Assembly (NCBI RefSeq): GCF_964204645.1
Contig: NC_134031.1
Span: forward strand, 12,464,088-12,528,087
From: Tubulanus polymorphus
Taxonomy: Eukaryota; Animalia; Nemertea
Reading direction: 5' to 3'
DNA length: 64,000 nt
The first letter of the stretch is position 1. Each line of letters opens with the position of its first letter. Below are positions 23,584 to 35,984 of the stretch, piece by piece. The notes beneath the pieces are model-generated. The model did not search any database and was not told the origin of the DNA. It saw nothing but the letters and a program-made list of their open reading frames with translations. A program made the translations under genes and the position numbers.

Positions 23584-24330
23584 ATGGTAGAATTAAAAGA
23601 ATACAGAATATTTGTTGATTCTAGAAGACTTACAAATTATAAATCACATAATTTACTAGTACAATTAGATAGAGAATTTAAGAATTGTGTAGATTTGAAA
23701 TTAGTTAATGTAAGTTTATGTAATTCTTTTCATAATATATCGAATAAAAGTCTTGATCATTTAGCTTTTAAGATTCATGTTAGAAATTTGAATCAATGGT
23801 TTCATCTTTATCTAAAACCAGGATTATATAATTTAGAAACATTAGCGCAAGAAATTAATAGAAGAGCTCGTTTAAAAATAGGTGCAGCTGCTAGATTTGA
23901 ATTAAATTTATTAAAAGTGATAGTTCGAATAAAATAAGAATAAAGTTAACTAATGAACAACATAGATTTCTAGTAAGAAAACCTTTAGCTAAACTGTTTG
24001 GAATTCTTCCAGATAGAGATTATTCAAGTATCGAAACTTATACAAATTTAATGACTTTTACACACTTTTATATTTATTGCAATTTAATTGATCCTACAAA
24101 AACATTTGAAGCAACTAAAGATACAATTTGTAATTCTAGTATATTTTACCATTGAAGAATGTTAAACGATTTGGAACTCAAATAAATTATAATTTAGCTG
24201 AGTGTGATTTTAAACCTTGTATTTCACATTTCAATAATTTCAAATTAGAAGTAAGCATCATAATTGATACTTAATTGATTTGAATAACTTTCCTGTAATT
24301 TATGAATTAGTTATAAGATGTAAAGAGTAA
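23584..24330 (+). pseudogene. Minor capsid protein (penton), frameshifted
   Basis: Homologous to the intact ORF 55389..56144. Confidence 0.8.
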
Positions 24331-24346
24331 TTTTTCTGATATATAA

Positions 24347-24696
24347 ATGAATTTAACTGTTGGGTCGAGCATATGTTTTGGATTTGATTGTAAACGTGAG
24401 AAAGAAATGAAATTTAACATTACTGATGTAATAACGCATATTAAAAATATTGTATTTTCTAATGAAACAACATTTGAGTATGAAAAAAACAATAGATAAA
24501 GAAACTTTAAATGTAGAAAAGTTAACTAATTTAATTAGAGAATCTTTAAGATTTTATGAATTAGTTGAAGATTTTATTATCGATGATATTAGAAAAATAA
24601 TAATTGAAATATATACAAATGAAACTATGAAATAAACGTTGAAATATTCATCACTAAGATAACTAAATATTTTGAAGATGGTAATTTTTTTGATTA
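24347..24696 (+). pseudogene. Homologue of the 119-aa protein, frameshifted
   Basis: Starts MNLTVGSSICFGFD with TAAATG. Confidence 0.72.
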
Positions 24697-24700
24697 ATAA

Positions 24701-24922
24701 ATGAGTGATAATAAGTGGATAATAACTGGATTATATAATGGAGCCTTACTATCAGTTGGAACTGTTGGTTATTCAATGGTATTAAAAAAAGTATTTAAAA
24801 TGGGAAGTGTTAATGTTGATAGATTTGATATAAATGATATCTTAAAATTAACATTAGCAGTTACTTTATCTAATTTAACTATTGATTATTTGGAAAAACA
24901 AAAATATATTCCTCCTATATAG
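24701..24922 (+). CDS. 73-aa hydrophobic protein
   Basis: Identical to the 3709..3930 protein. Confidence 0.8.
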   Translation: MSDNKWIITGLYNGALLSVGTVGYSMVLKKVFKMGSVNVDRFDINDILKLTLAVTLSNLTIDYLEKQKYIPPI

Positions 24923-24950
24923 GAAGTGCATATTTTTTTTTACTAAATAA

Positions 24951-25370
24951 ATGGCTTCTGCAATTATAACTATCATAGGATCGGCAATTGTTAACGCTTT
25001 AGCATTTACTGGTGGTGGTTATTTATTCAAGCATATTGATAAAAGTGGTTCATCATCAGAACAAAAAAGACATAACTTAGCATTAGAGAAATATAATAAA
25101 GCTGCAGAAGAATATAGAGAAAAGAGGGAAAACTATATGGATTATATTAACAAAGAATTATATGATCAGAAGATTTCACATAGAGATTTTCAATCAGTTG
25201 ATGATGCAATGAGTTTATATAACGCGGTAACCAATAAAGAAATATTACATCTATATAAACCTAAATTATCAGATTATTATACCCCAAGTAAAGAACAACA
25301 TTTATATGAAATAAGGATTTTAGGTGAAACAGTTATTGTTATATTTGTAGCATATAAATTTACTAATTAG
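24951..25370 (+). CDS. Small membrane protein
   Basis: Homologue of 3265..3684. Confidence 0.8.
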   Translation: MASAIITIIGSAIVNALAFTGGGYLFKHIDKSGSSSEQKRHNLALEKYNKAAEEYREKRENYMDYINKELYDQKISHRDFQSVDDAMSLYNAVTNKEILHLYKPKLSDYYTPSKEQHLYEIRILGETVIVIFVAYKFTN

Positions 25371-25390
25371 TAATTTTTTTTGTTAAATAA

Positions 25391-25843
25391 ATGGATGATA
25401 AAGTTGATAATATTGATATTATTCCTCATGATATAAATAAAACTAAATTAAAAATATATTTAGAAAAACAAATATTAGAATTTGAAAGTGACTTAAAGAT
25501 AAAAAAGAAAAAATATTTAAAAAGTAAAATTATATATTATTTTATTATCAGTGGTTCAGTTACAATTAGTTCTGTAATAACATTTCTATCAATATTCAGT
25601 CCATTAACACCTTTAGCTATATCAATTGGCGTGCTAGGATTATCATCAAGTGTTTTAACTGGTATAAGTTCAAAATTAAATATAAAAAGTAATAAAGAAA
25701 AAATTAAAACTAATATAAAAGAAATTAATAAATTAAAAAATACATTAGATTATATTATAAAATGGCCATATAAATGGCGTTTAAATGGCCATATAACAGT
25801 TGAAGAACAAGATAAATTATTAAAAGAATTAATAAATAATTAA
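25391..25843 (+). CDS. Two-TM plus coiled-coil protein
   Basis: Homologue of 2811..3245 with a short internal duplication. Confidence 0.78.
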   Translation: MDDKVDNIDIIPHDINKTKLKIYLEKQILEFESDLKIKKKKYLKSKIIYYFIISGSVTISSVITFLSIFSPLTPLAISIGVLGLSSSVLTGISSKLNIKSNKEKIKTNIKEINKLKNTLDYIIKWPYKWRLNGHITVEEQDKLLKELINN

Positions 25844-25859
25844 TGTTTTTATTATATAA

Positions 25860-26273
25860 ATGGCAATTAGTTTTCCAAAAGCTTTTCAATGTAATAAATC
25901 AATTAAATATAATATTCCAGCAATAGATTTTAATAAAGATATTTCATATAGAAATGAAGTTTTAGATTCATTAACTAATTTAGAAATTTATGTTACTGAA
26001 TCACAGTTCTTTATTTCTAAAATGGAAAATATATTTAATACATATGAAGTTACTTTTACTTTAAAATATTTATGGGAACTATCTAAAAAATCTGCTGCAG
26101 CATTACCCAGAGTTATTGCATCAATTGTTGGTTTTATATTGAAATCTGCTGGGAATATTCTTAACTTTGCTGCTGAACATATTATTTTATTTTTAATTAC
26201 AGTTGTAAGTGCAATTATTTTTGGGTTAGTGAATATGATATCAAAAATATCAAGTAAACATAATAAAAAATAA
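25860..26273 (+). pseudogene. In-frame chimera made by a ~2.4-kb deletion
   Basis: N-terminus of the ~430-aa gene (..YEVTFT) fused at ~26060 to the C-terminus of the coiled-coil gene (KYLWELSKK..). Confidence 0.85.
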
Positions 26274-26296
26274 ATAATTGATTTTTTGTTAGATAA

Positions 26297-27544
26297 ATGA
26301 GTGGGAGTTATATAAGTCCTTCTAAGAATTCTAGAATATCTAATGCTATTAAAGCAGAAAGATCTCATCATAGAATTACTCATAATCCTTCTAATATTAA
26401 TCCCGATGAAACTTTATACGTTAGAATCCCTAGATAAACACAAAATACTTTTTATGTTCCAAATAGTATTTATTTATCAGCTGATATAAAAGTAACTGGT
26501 AATAATAATAATTATGTTGTTGATAATGTTGGAAGATATTTGATTAAAAAATTAACTATAAAGATTGGTCCAGAAACAGTTTTCTCATTAGATGATTATA
26601 ATTTATTTACGCATTATAAACATTTATGGTTAACTAAAGAAAACAGAAATAATATGATATTTCAAGGCATCCAATCAGAAAACCAAAATAAATTAAGATC
26701 TGAAGCCAATAATGCAGTAGTAACTAATGACGTAGATAATTTGATTAAAAAGATTTATGGAAGCAAATATAAAATTCCATTAGATTTTGAATTGATAAAT
26801 AATAATGCGCCTTTATATAAATACGCAATTCAAGAAGATGTTATATTCGAAATAACATTTGCTCCTGTTAATGAAATTGTAATATCTAGCGTTAATAAAG
26901 ATATGAGTTATAAATTATCGAATATATGTTTAGAATATGATACAGTAACTGATGAAAATATTTCAAGTTTAATTCAAACTAAATACAATCAAGCATTTTC
27001 ATTATTATATGATTATATTGATAAATTTAAAACCGTAACTATTAATGCAAATGATGAAATAATTAATGAGAATATTAACTTCCCAAAAAGATCTATTAAA
27101 GGTATATTGATATTTTTTACCATTGCAACATATTCTAATGGCGTAATTAATGTTGATAATTATTATAATCCTGAAATGACAAAAGTAGAAATAACTATCG
27201 AAGGAATAGCAAATAAAATATTTTGTCAAGGAATGAGAATGATAGATCAATGGCCAGAAATTAGAAAACATTTTATGAATGAAAAAGTAAAATCATCTGA
27301 AAATTGTAATATTAATCAAATTGATTATTATACCGGCAATAAATATGCATTATGGTTAGATTTCAGAACAACTGAAGATAATTTATTACATGGTTCTGGG
27401 AAAAAACTACAGAACACTAAAGATGGAATACAATTATTCATGAAAAAGAAAAAAGGAAGTTTAAATTTCAAAATGCACATTTATATTATATCTGACGCGC
27501 AATTAAATATTGTAAATTCTCAATTAGATAGTATTCAATATTAG
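26297..27544 (+). pseudogene. MCP: Major capsid protein (probable double jelly-roll), one premature stop near 26435
   Basis: 416 codons in one frame, beta-rich pattern (ETLYVRIP, LIKKLTIKIG, YKIPLDF, LSNICLEYD, ALWLDFR), size and position typical of a Polinton-like MCP. Confidence 0.8.
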
Positions 27545-27604
27545 AAATATTAATTAGAAAGTATTCAACATTAGAAGTATAAAGTTAAAATTAACGATAT
27601 ATAA

Positions 27605-28729
27605 ATGGGGGATAAAAAACTCCTAATACTAAAGAACAACATTTAAGAAATCTATATTACAACCCTGAGAGTTCGGTTGCTTATTCTTCTACCAAAAATA
27701 TATGGCGTCAAGTAAAACAAGATAAATTATATAAGACAATCCCACAAAATTTAGTTAAGTATAAAGATATAAATGAATTTATGTTAGAACAACCAACATA
27801 TACAACACATAAAAAAATTGTTAGAAAATATAAAACTCGTAAAACTATCGTAAGTTATGTAGATCAACATTGGCAAGGAGATTTAATTGATATGAAAAAT
27901 TTTAAGAAAGATAATGATGATTATTGGTGGACATTGAATATAATTGATATTTTTAGTCGTTATGTATGGAGCTTCCCACTTTATAGAAAAGATGCTGCAC
28001 AAACATCACATGTTTTAAGAAAATTTCTTTCGGATGATAAACTAAAACCAGAAAAATACAATTTGATGATGGAAAAGAATTTGATAATTCACTTGTTCAT
28101 GAACTCTTAGATAATCATAATATTAAATATTTTTCAACAAAATCGGATATAAAAGCAGCAGTTGTTGAACGATTTAATAGAACATTAAGAACAAGAATGT
28201 GGAAATATTTTACAGCAAATAATACTTTTAAATGGATTGATGTTTTACCAAAATTGATAGAAGGATATAATAATTCTTATCATTCTTCTATTGGAATGAA
28301 ACCTATCGATGCTAGAAAACCTGAAAAGCTGAAATTGTTTGGAATAATTTATATGGGGTATTTCTTGTAGATGATTTTGGTGAACCTAAATTTAAAGTTG
28401 GTCAAAATGTTAGAATTTCTAAATATAAAAAGATATTTGATAAAGGATACGATCGAAATTTTACTAGGGAAATATATAAAATAAAAAAGGTAATAACAAC
28501 AAAACCATATGTCTATAAATTAGAAGATTTAGATGGTGAAGAAGTTGATGGGTATTTTTATGAAGAAGAATTGAGTTTAACTACTGAAAATCTAGAACAA
28601 GAATATAAAATTGAAAAAGTATTAAAAACAAAAACTGTTAAATATAAAAAATATTCTTTAGTAAAATGGGCAAGATGGCCAGATAAATTCAATGAATGGA
28701 TATTATCAAGTAAAATTAAAAATATATAA
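27605..28729 (+). pseudogene. RVE integrase with chromodomain, frameshifted
   Basis: WQGDLIDM, IDIFSRY, VVERFNRTL, C-terminal YKIEKVL...KW...FNEWI. Confidence 0.9.
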
Positions 28730-29182
28730 ATAAATAAGGAATCATTTATATTTGAACCTCATAACATGTTAATTTCTAGCGTAACAAATTGTGGAAAAAC
28801 TTATTTTATATTAAATTTATTAGAAACTATTTATAAAAACTATTTTGATAATATAGTATTATTTTGTCCAGATATGGATTAAATAAAACTTATGATAGAA
28901 ATATTACTAGAAATAATAAATTTATTATATTAGATCCTAAAACAGTTTAAAAAAATTTAAATAATTGTATTAAAATAGCAATTGATATTTATAAAGGATC
29001 AAATACGTTATTCATTATAGATGATTGTGCTAATCTACATGATTCAAAAATTAGAGAGAGTGAGTTATGTTATTTAGCTTTCTCTGGGAGACATTTTGGG
29101 ATAACAACATGGGTTTTAAATCAAAAATTCAATTGTTGAAGATTTTAGGGAGAATATAAGATTTCTAGTTTTATTTTATAAC
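28730..29182 (+). pseudogene. Packaging ATPase, degenerate and truncated
   Basis: VTNCGKT, IIDD and SGRHFG; interrupted by the terminus at 29183. Confidence 0.88.
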
Positions 29183-29584
29183 AGTAATAGGGGTAATGGG
29201 CTTTCAAATCAAAGGTCGAACGGTCGAGTTCATTAAAAAACAAAATATTAAAAGTAATTTAAAACTATAATATATTTTCATAACCGTGTGCATTTCATAT
29301 TATAACTAAATATTTATTCTAAGATATTAATAATTTTAATTTTAAAAGCATATTGTATTAAATCAATTTGTCGCTCCGCTTCGCTACCGCTCCGCGACCA
29401 ATTGATTTATTACAATACACAAATTCATAATCAAATATATTTTAATAATTATTATTATTCTATTATTCAACTGAAATGCACACGGTTATGAAAATATATC
29501 ATAGTTTTAAATTACTTTTAATATTTGTTTTTAATGAACTCGACCATTCAACCTTTAACCTGAAAGCCCATTACCCCTATTACT
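29183..29584. repeat. 402-bp terminal fold-back
   Basis: AGTAATAGGGGTAATGGGCTTTCA ... TGAAAGCCCATTACCCCTATTACT, long imperfect arms, central CGCTCCGCTTCGCTACCGCTCCGCG loop. Confidence 0.92.
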
Positions 29585-29817
29585 CTTAAAATAATCATAT
29601 ACATGAATAACATTTAAATTGACAGATTATTCAATATAAAAGTGTAAGCTCTTATAGAATAGATATATAGATATATTTTAAACATTATTTCAATATTTAT
29701 ATTTGTATGAGTTAGATTTTTATACATTAAAAGTGTTAGTAAAGTGTGATTGAAATAATACATGATATAAATCATTGAACTTCTAAAATCAATTTAGTAA
29801 AAAAATATGTATAATAA

Positions 29818-30485
29818 ATGGAACCAGAACAACCACAAACTATCAATATTACAAATAACACTGGTGTCATAAACATATACTACAAGAAGTGTTCTAAATG
29901 TGAATTAGATAAATTAGCTTTAACAGAATTTAGTAAGCGTAAGATTAGCAAAGATGGTTTTCAATATTGCTGTAAAACTTGTACTAAACTATATACCAAA
30001 CAATACCGAGAAGATAATATAGAACATTATAATTATTATATGGCAGAATATATGAGAGTAAGATATCAAACAGATCTTAATTTTAGATTGAAACAATGCT
30101 TAAGGACTAGATTAACACAATTATTCAACAAAGAAACGCATTCAGAAACACTATCTAATTTATTGGGTTGTTCAGATGAATTTCTCAAATCATGGATAAT
30201 ATATCAATTCGATGATAAAATGAATATAGATAATTATGGTGAATACTTTCATATTGATCACGTGTTGCCGATTTCTAAAATTGACATGAGTGATGATTAT
30301 AATAAAGAACTTATTTGGAATTGGAAGAATCTAAAACCTTTAGAAAAGAAGGAAAACATAATTAAATCTAATAACTAGATTTACAGTTATATTTAAATCT
30401 ACTGGATAAAGCAAAGACATTTGTTGAATTATGGAATAGTATTTCACAGAATCAACCGCATTCTGAGGTTTTAATCAGTGGTTAG
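29818..30485 (+). pseudogene. Zinc-finger HNH endonuclease, premature stop at 30376
   Basis: CSKC...CKTC and HIDHVLP...NWKNLKPLEKKENIIK; tail continues as in 59533..60312. Confidence 0.8.
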
Positions 30486-31022
30486 AAAGCTGGCAATTCT
30501 ATTTGAGCTTTGTATGTCTATAATACATAGCTTTTGCTTACTACTAAAGCATATGTTGCCAAATATATCTTGTTTTCAATTCTAAAGAATTAATTAACTT
30601 CATCATAAAGGAACATCTGTTACAATCCAGGCACACAGAAATAATTAGTTTGGTCGAACGTGTGCCACGTCGGCAGTTAGAAATCAACATTCACATACAT
30701 AGTACGTATTGGATATTCTCTCTCAAAACACAGTTTACAGTTCTAAATCTAAATGTAAGCACATATATTATGAAGTAAGGGAACCTTTAAACATATTTAA
30801 GTACAGTAATTCATTTTCACGACATCTTTTAGATTAAAATGGAATACAAAGATGAACCAGAAATTCTAAGCCAACCATCGGAAAAGGAACTAATGCTGCT
30901 GGATAGTGAAACTCGGGAATCAATAGAAATGGAGGATGAAACTCTCGTAACACACTGAAGGTCTTTGTAATATAGATATCAAAAAATGTAATCTCGATTG
31001 TATATATCTGTTTTAATATTGT

Positions 31023-31375
31023 ATTGTTTACTGTTAACTAAGTATTCCGCAATAACCGGTCCGATTGAACCGCTTTTCTATTGTTCTCCATTGTTCTATT
31101 ATTGATCGTTGTTAATGGCGGCGGTTGTTCTGTATTGATTGTTTACTGTTAACTAAGTATTGCGCAATAACCGGTCCGATTGGACCGCTTTTCTATTGTT
31201 CTCCATTGTTCTATTATTGATCGTTGTTGACTGAAACAGCTGCTCAATATTGATTGGTTACATTTCTATGTTTGAATGTTGTAGTTTACAGAATAAAAAT
31301 ATAACTGTGTATTGCGCAATAACCGGTCCGATTGAACCGCTTTTCGATTGTTCTCCATTGTTCTATTATCGATCG
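31023..31375. repeat. Three ~115-145-bp direct repeats inside a ~1-kb segment absent from copy E
   Basis: GCAATAACCGGTCCGATTG..CCGCTTTTC..TTGTTCTCCATTGTTCTATTA occurs three times. Confidence 0.8.
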
Positions 31376-31784
31376 CTAAAATTTGTATAATAAATATATG
31401 TGTTTATGAAATTGTAATTCCACCAGTCGTTTCTTTGAATTTACTTCAGTTTGAGGATTTATTATCGAGGATCCGAAATGACTTATCTGGACAGTTATAA
31501 TTACTGCTCCTAATAGATAGACAATAGTAGTGAGATATTAAATCCTAATTTAAATAAAATATAATAAAAAAACAATAACTTCAACTAGCTAGTGAATTCT
31601 ATTATATTTTTAATATTTTCTTTTCAAAAAGAGAATACTTTATATTTTGAATAGATTCAAATAGAAATTCTTTAAATTCAAATAGCTAGTATCAGTAGTC
31701 AATACTAGAATTCTATAACTTTAACTATCAAGTATCATTTGAAGAATACTTATAATATTTTTTTGCTTTTTTTCTCTAATATAA

Positions 31785-32393
31785 ATGTCAAAGAAATCTA
31801 ATAAGAATAGTATTGATATTGAAAAAACATTAGATGATTTGGGTATAAGTGAAAATAAAGATACAGTTGTAACTAATTGTGCTCAAGTTAATTGTAATAT
31901 AGATTATGAATACTATTTATATTGTAAGCATCATCTAGAACTATTGATTGCTGGCGGAAAATCTAAAGAGTTTTTAAATAGAATTATTACTTTTCAAGAA
32001 TTAGACTCTATGAAACCAGATAAAGTAATAAAATATTTTAAGATTTATGAAGAGGCAAGATTAGCCCGAATAAATGATTCTATTTCAGATGGTATTGTCA
32101 AATGTTATTCTAAGTTATGTAACCAGTTAATACCAATTGATGATGAAAATAAATTATATAGTGATTTGAAAAATGACTACTTAGTTATGACTGAATTACA
32201 AAAATGGGTTGGATATGCTTCATTTCAATTAGGATCGGTTATGACATTAATTTCTACTGGCGTTATAACATTTTCGAACATCAAGCCTATGGAATATAAA
32301 TCAGGTAAGAACGAAACAGATGACGCTGTACTACAACCAAACGGTGAAACAGAAAATGAATCAGAACAAAAATTAACTAAAATAAATGAGTGA
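31785..32393 (+). CDS. Conserved 202-aa Maverick protein
   Basis: Three intact copies (31785, 33281, 60564), all with TAAATG starts. Confidence 0.82.
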   Translation: MSKKSNKNSIDIEKTLDDLGISENKDTVVTNCAQVNCNIDYEYYLYCKHHLELLIAGGKSKEFLNRIITFQELDSMKPDKVIKYFKIYEEARLARINDSISDGIVKCYSKLCNQLIPIDDENKLYSDLKNDYLVMTELQKWVGYASFQLGSVMTLISTGVITFSNIKPMEYKSGKNETDDAVLQPNGETENESEQKLTKINE

Positions 32394-32754
32394 TAGCGTT
32401 AAGAAAAAGGCTAGATCCGAGAAACAAATTAAATGGGCAAGAGAATTAGGTAAAAGATCTTCAGAATTAAAAAAAGCTAAGGAAAAGAAATTAACTGATA
32501 TAAATGAATCACAGACTTTATCTGATATTGATTCAAATAATAATCCATCTGATTCTTCTAATGCTGGAAGTAATCATAAATCATATATTACAATTGGATT
32601 AGTAACAGTTATTATATTATCCGGTGTAATATATAAATAAAAATTCAAATCTGATGATAAAGATGATTCCAATGACAATAAACCTATCATACCAGAAAAT
32701 AAGTCAAATCATAAAGCCATTGAAACTAAATCTAAATTATTATTAATGGATTAA
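32386..32754 (+). pseudogene. Basic N-terminal, single-TM protein (premature stop)
   Basis: KKARSEKQIKWARELGKR plus TM; different lesions in the copies at 33882 and 61159. Confidence 0.7.
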
Positions 32755-32760
32755 AATAAG

Positions 32761-32938
32761 ATGAAAAAAGAACAATATTTAAGAGATTTATATTATAACC
32801 CAGAGAGTGAAGTATCATATTCTAACGTTTCAGAATTATGGAATAAGATTAAATCTGATAATGAAAATGGTGATATAAAATATAGCGAATTAAAATCATG
32901 GTTACAAAATCAACCAACATATCAAATCCATAAGAAAA
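32761..32938 (+). pseudogene. Integrase N-terminal fragment cut by the duplication junction
   Basis: Matches 34258 up to YQIHKK. Confidence 0.85.
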
Positions 32939-33280
32939 TTTTCAGTTTGAGGATTTATTATCGAGGATCCGAAATGACTTATCTGGACAGTTATGATTAC
33001 TGCTCCTAATAGATAGACAATAGTAGTGAGATATTAAATCCTAATTTAAATAAAATATAATAAAAAACCAATAACTTCAACTAGCTAGTGAATTCTATTA
33101 TATTTTTAATATTTTCTTTTCAAAAAGAGAATACTTTATATTTTGAATAGATTCAAATAGAAATTCTTTAAATTCAAATAGCTAGTATCAGTAGTCAATA
33201 CTAGAATTCTATAACTTTAACTATCAAGTATCGTTTGAAGAATACTTATAATATTTTTTTGCTTTTTTTCTCTAATATAA

Positions 33281-33889
33281 ATGTCAAAGAAATCTAATAA
33301 GAATAGTATTGATATTGAAAAAACATTAGATGATTTGGGTATAAGTGATAATAAAGATACAGTTGTAACTAATTGTGCTCAAGTTAATTGTAATATAGAT
33401 TATGAATACTATTTATATTGTAAGCATAATCTAGAACTATTGATTGCTGGCGGAAAATCTAAAGAGTTTTTAAATAGAATTATTACTTTTCAAGAATTAG
33501 ACTCTATGAAACCAGATAAAGTAATAAAATATTTTAAGATTTATGAAGAGGCAAGATTAGCCCGAATAAATGATTCTATTTCAGATGGTATTGTCAAATG
33601 TTATTCTAAGTTATGTAACCAGTTAATACCAATTGATGATGAAAATAAATTATATAGTGATTTGAAAAATGACTACTTAGTTATGACTGAATTACAAAAA
33701 TGGGTTGGATATGCTTCATTTCAATTAGGATCGGTTATGACATTAATTTCTACTGGCGTTATAACATTTTCGAACATCAAGCCTATGGAATATAAATCAG
33801 GTAAGAACGAAACAGATGACGCTGTACTACAACCAAACGGTGAAACAGAAAATGAATCAGAACAAAAATTAACTAAAATAAATGAGTGA
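33281..33889 (+). CDS. Conserved 202-aa Maverick protein (duplicate)
   Basis: Two amino-acid differences from 31785..32393. Confidence 0.82.
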   Translation: MSKKSNKNSIDIEKTLDDLGISDNKDTVVTNCAQVNCNIDYEYYLYCKHNLELLIAGGKSKEFLNRIITFQELDSMKPDKVIKYFKIYEEARLARINDSISDGIVKCYSKLCNQLIPIDDENKLYSDLKNDYLVMTELQKWVGYASFQLGSVMTLISTGVITFSNIKPMEYKSGKNETDDAVLQPNGETENESEQKLTKINE

Positions 33890-34251
33890 TAGCGTTAAGA
33901 AAAAGGCTAGATCCGAGAAACAAATTAAATGGGCAAGAGAATTAGGTAAAAGATCTTCAGAATTAAAAAAAGCTAAGAAAAAGAAATTAACTGATATAAA
34001 TGAATCACAGACTTTATCTGATATTGATTCAAATAATAATCCATCTGATTCTTCTAATGCTGGAAGTAATCATAAATCATATATTACAATTGGATTAGTA
34101 ACAGTTTATTATATTATCCGGTGTAATATATAAATCAAAATTCAAATCTGATGATAAAGATGATTCCAATGACAATAAACCTATCATACCAGAAAATAAG
34201 TCAAATCATAAAGCCATTGAAACTAAATCTAAATTATTATTAATGGATTAA
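33882..34251 (+). pseudogene. Basic single-TM protein (frameshifted duplicate)
   Basis: Extra T inside the TM codons. Confidence 0.7.
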
Positions 34252-34257
34252 AATAAG

Positions 34258-35350
34258 ATGAAAAAAGAACAATATTTAAGAGATTTATATTATAACCCAG
34301 AGAGTGAAGTATCATATTCTAACGTTTCAGAATTATGGAATAAAATTAAATCTGATAATGAAAATGGTGATATAAAATATAGCGAATTAAAATCATGGTT
34401 ACAAAATCAACCAACATATCAAATCCATAAGAAAATGGATAAAACTTATTTAACAAGAAAAGTTATGGTTTCATATATTGATCAACAATGGCAAGCAGAT
34501 TTAATTGACATGAAGAACTTAGAAGAATACAACAAAGGATATTTCTGGATATTAAATGTTATAGACATATTCAGTAGATACGCATGGTCAATTCCAATCA
34601 AAAATAAAACTGGAATAGAAGTGAGAAATGCTTTTAAATCAATATTTAAAGAAGCTATTCCAGATAAGATACAATTTAATGAAGGTAAAGAATTTTGTAA
34701 CAAACATTTTTAAAAAACTATTATCTGATAACGATGTAGATTATTTTTCAACACACTCAGATAAAAAAGCATCTATTATAGAAAGATTTAATAAAACATT
34801 GAAAACTAGAATGTGGAAATATTTTACTGCTAATGAAACATATAAATATATCGATATATTAGATGATTTAGTGAAAGGTTATAATAATTCTAAACATAGT
34901 TCTATAAATATGACACCTATACAAGCTAGAAAAGAAGATAATTCAGAAATAGTTTGGAATAATTTATATGGAGCATTTGTTACACACGATTTCGGTGAAC
35001 CTAAATTTAAAATTGGACAACATGTCAGAATATCTAAATATAGAAAAACATTTTATAAAGGTTATACCCCTAATTTTACAGAAGAAATATTCAAGATTAA
35101 AAAGATAATATTAACTAAACCATTTGTTTATAAACTAGAAGATCTAAAAGATGAAGAAATATTAGGTTATTTCTATGAACAAGAATTATCACTTGTACCA
35201 AATCCAGATGAAATAGAATACAAAATAGAAAAAGTATTGAAAACAAAAAATCTTAAAGGAAAAAAGTATTCTATGGTGAAATATAAAGGATATGATGATA
35301 CATTTTATGAATGGGTTTTATCTAGTAAAATTAAAAGAATAAATGAATAA
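34258..35350 (+). pseudogene. RVE integrase-chromodomain, frameshifted near 34710, second catalytic D changed to N
   Basis: ORFs 34258..34713 and 34628..35350 compared with intact 61574..62662 (IQFNEG versus IQFDEG). Confidence 0.92.
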
Positions 35351-35954
35351 AGATTTATTTATATTCGAACCGCATAATATGTTAGTTACTGGTGTAACAA
35401 ACTGTGGTAAAACACATTTCATATTAGATTTGTTAGAAACTATTTATAAGAATCATTTTGATAATATAATATTATTCTGCCCTACTTATGAAATGAATAA
35501 AACATATAATAGAGATATAGTTAAGATAAAAAAGTTTATTATATTAGATCCTAAAACAGTAAAAGAAAATTTAGATAATTGTATTAAAATAGCAATTGAT
35601 ACTTATAAAGGATCAAATACATTATTCATTTTAGATGATTGCGCAAATTTACATGATTCAAAAGTGAGAGAAAGTGAGTTATGTTATTTAGCTTTCTCCG
35701 GGAGACATTTCGGGATAACAACATGGGTTTTAAATCAAAAATATAATTCAATTGTTAAAGACTTTAGGGAGAATATAAGATTTCTAGTTTTATTTTATAA
35801 CAAAGATAGAAAATCTATGCAACAATCATTGGAAGAAAATCAAATTATACCTACTGAATTACATGATGAATATATGAATAAATTAAAGAATAATAAAGGT
35901 TCAAAATTATTAATGAGACTTTAATTTCCCTATGAATATAAATTTATAAAATAA
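35343..35954 (+). pseudogene. A32/FtsK-type packaging ATPase, stop ~10 codons early
   Basis: GVTNCGKT, FILDD, SGRHFGI; TAA replaces the Q codon of copy E. Confidence 0.9.
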
Positions 35955-35984
35955 CTATTTATAATTTGGAATATTATAGAAACT

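Larger units (their letters stand above)
18956..29182 (+). mobile_element. Maverick/Polinton-like element copy B (degenerate, truncated by copy C)
   Basis: Terminus, pPolB, VLTF3-like gene (antisense), penton, small membrane genes, MCP, integrase, ATPase. The ATPase is cut at LFYN by the next terminus. Confidence 0.93.
31445..34437 (+). repeat. 1496-bp tandem duplication
   Basis: ORF starts 31785/33281 and 32386/33882 are offset by 1496; near-identical sequence. Confidence 0.93.
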
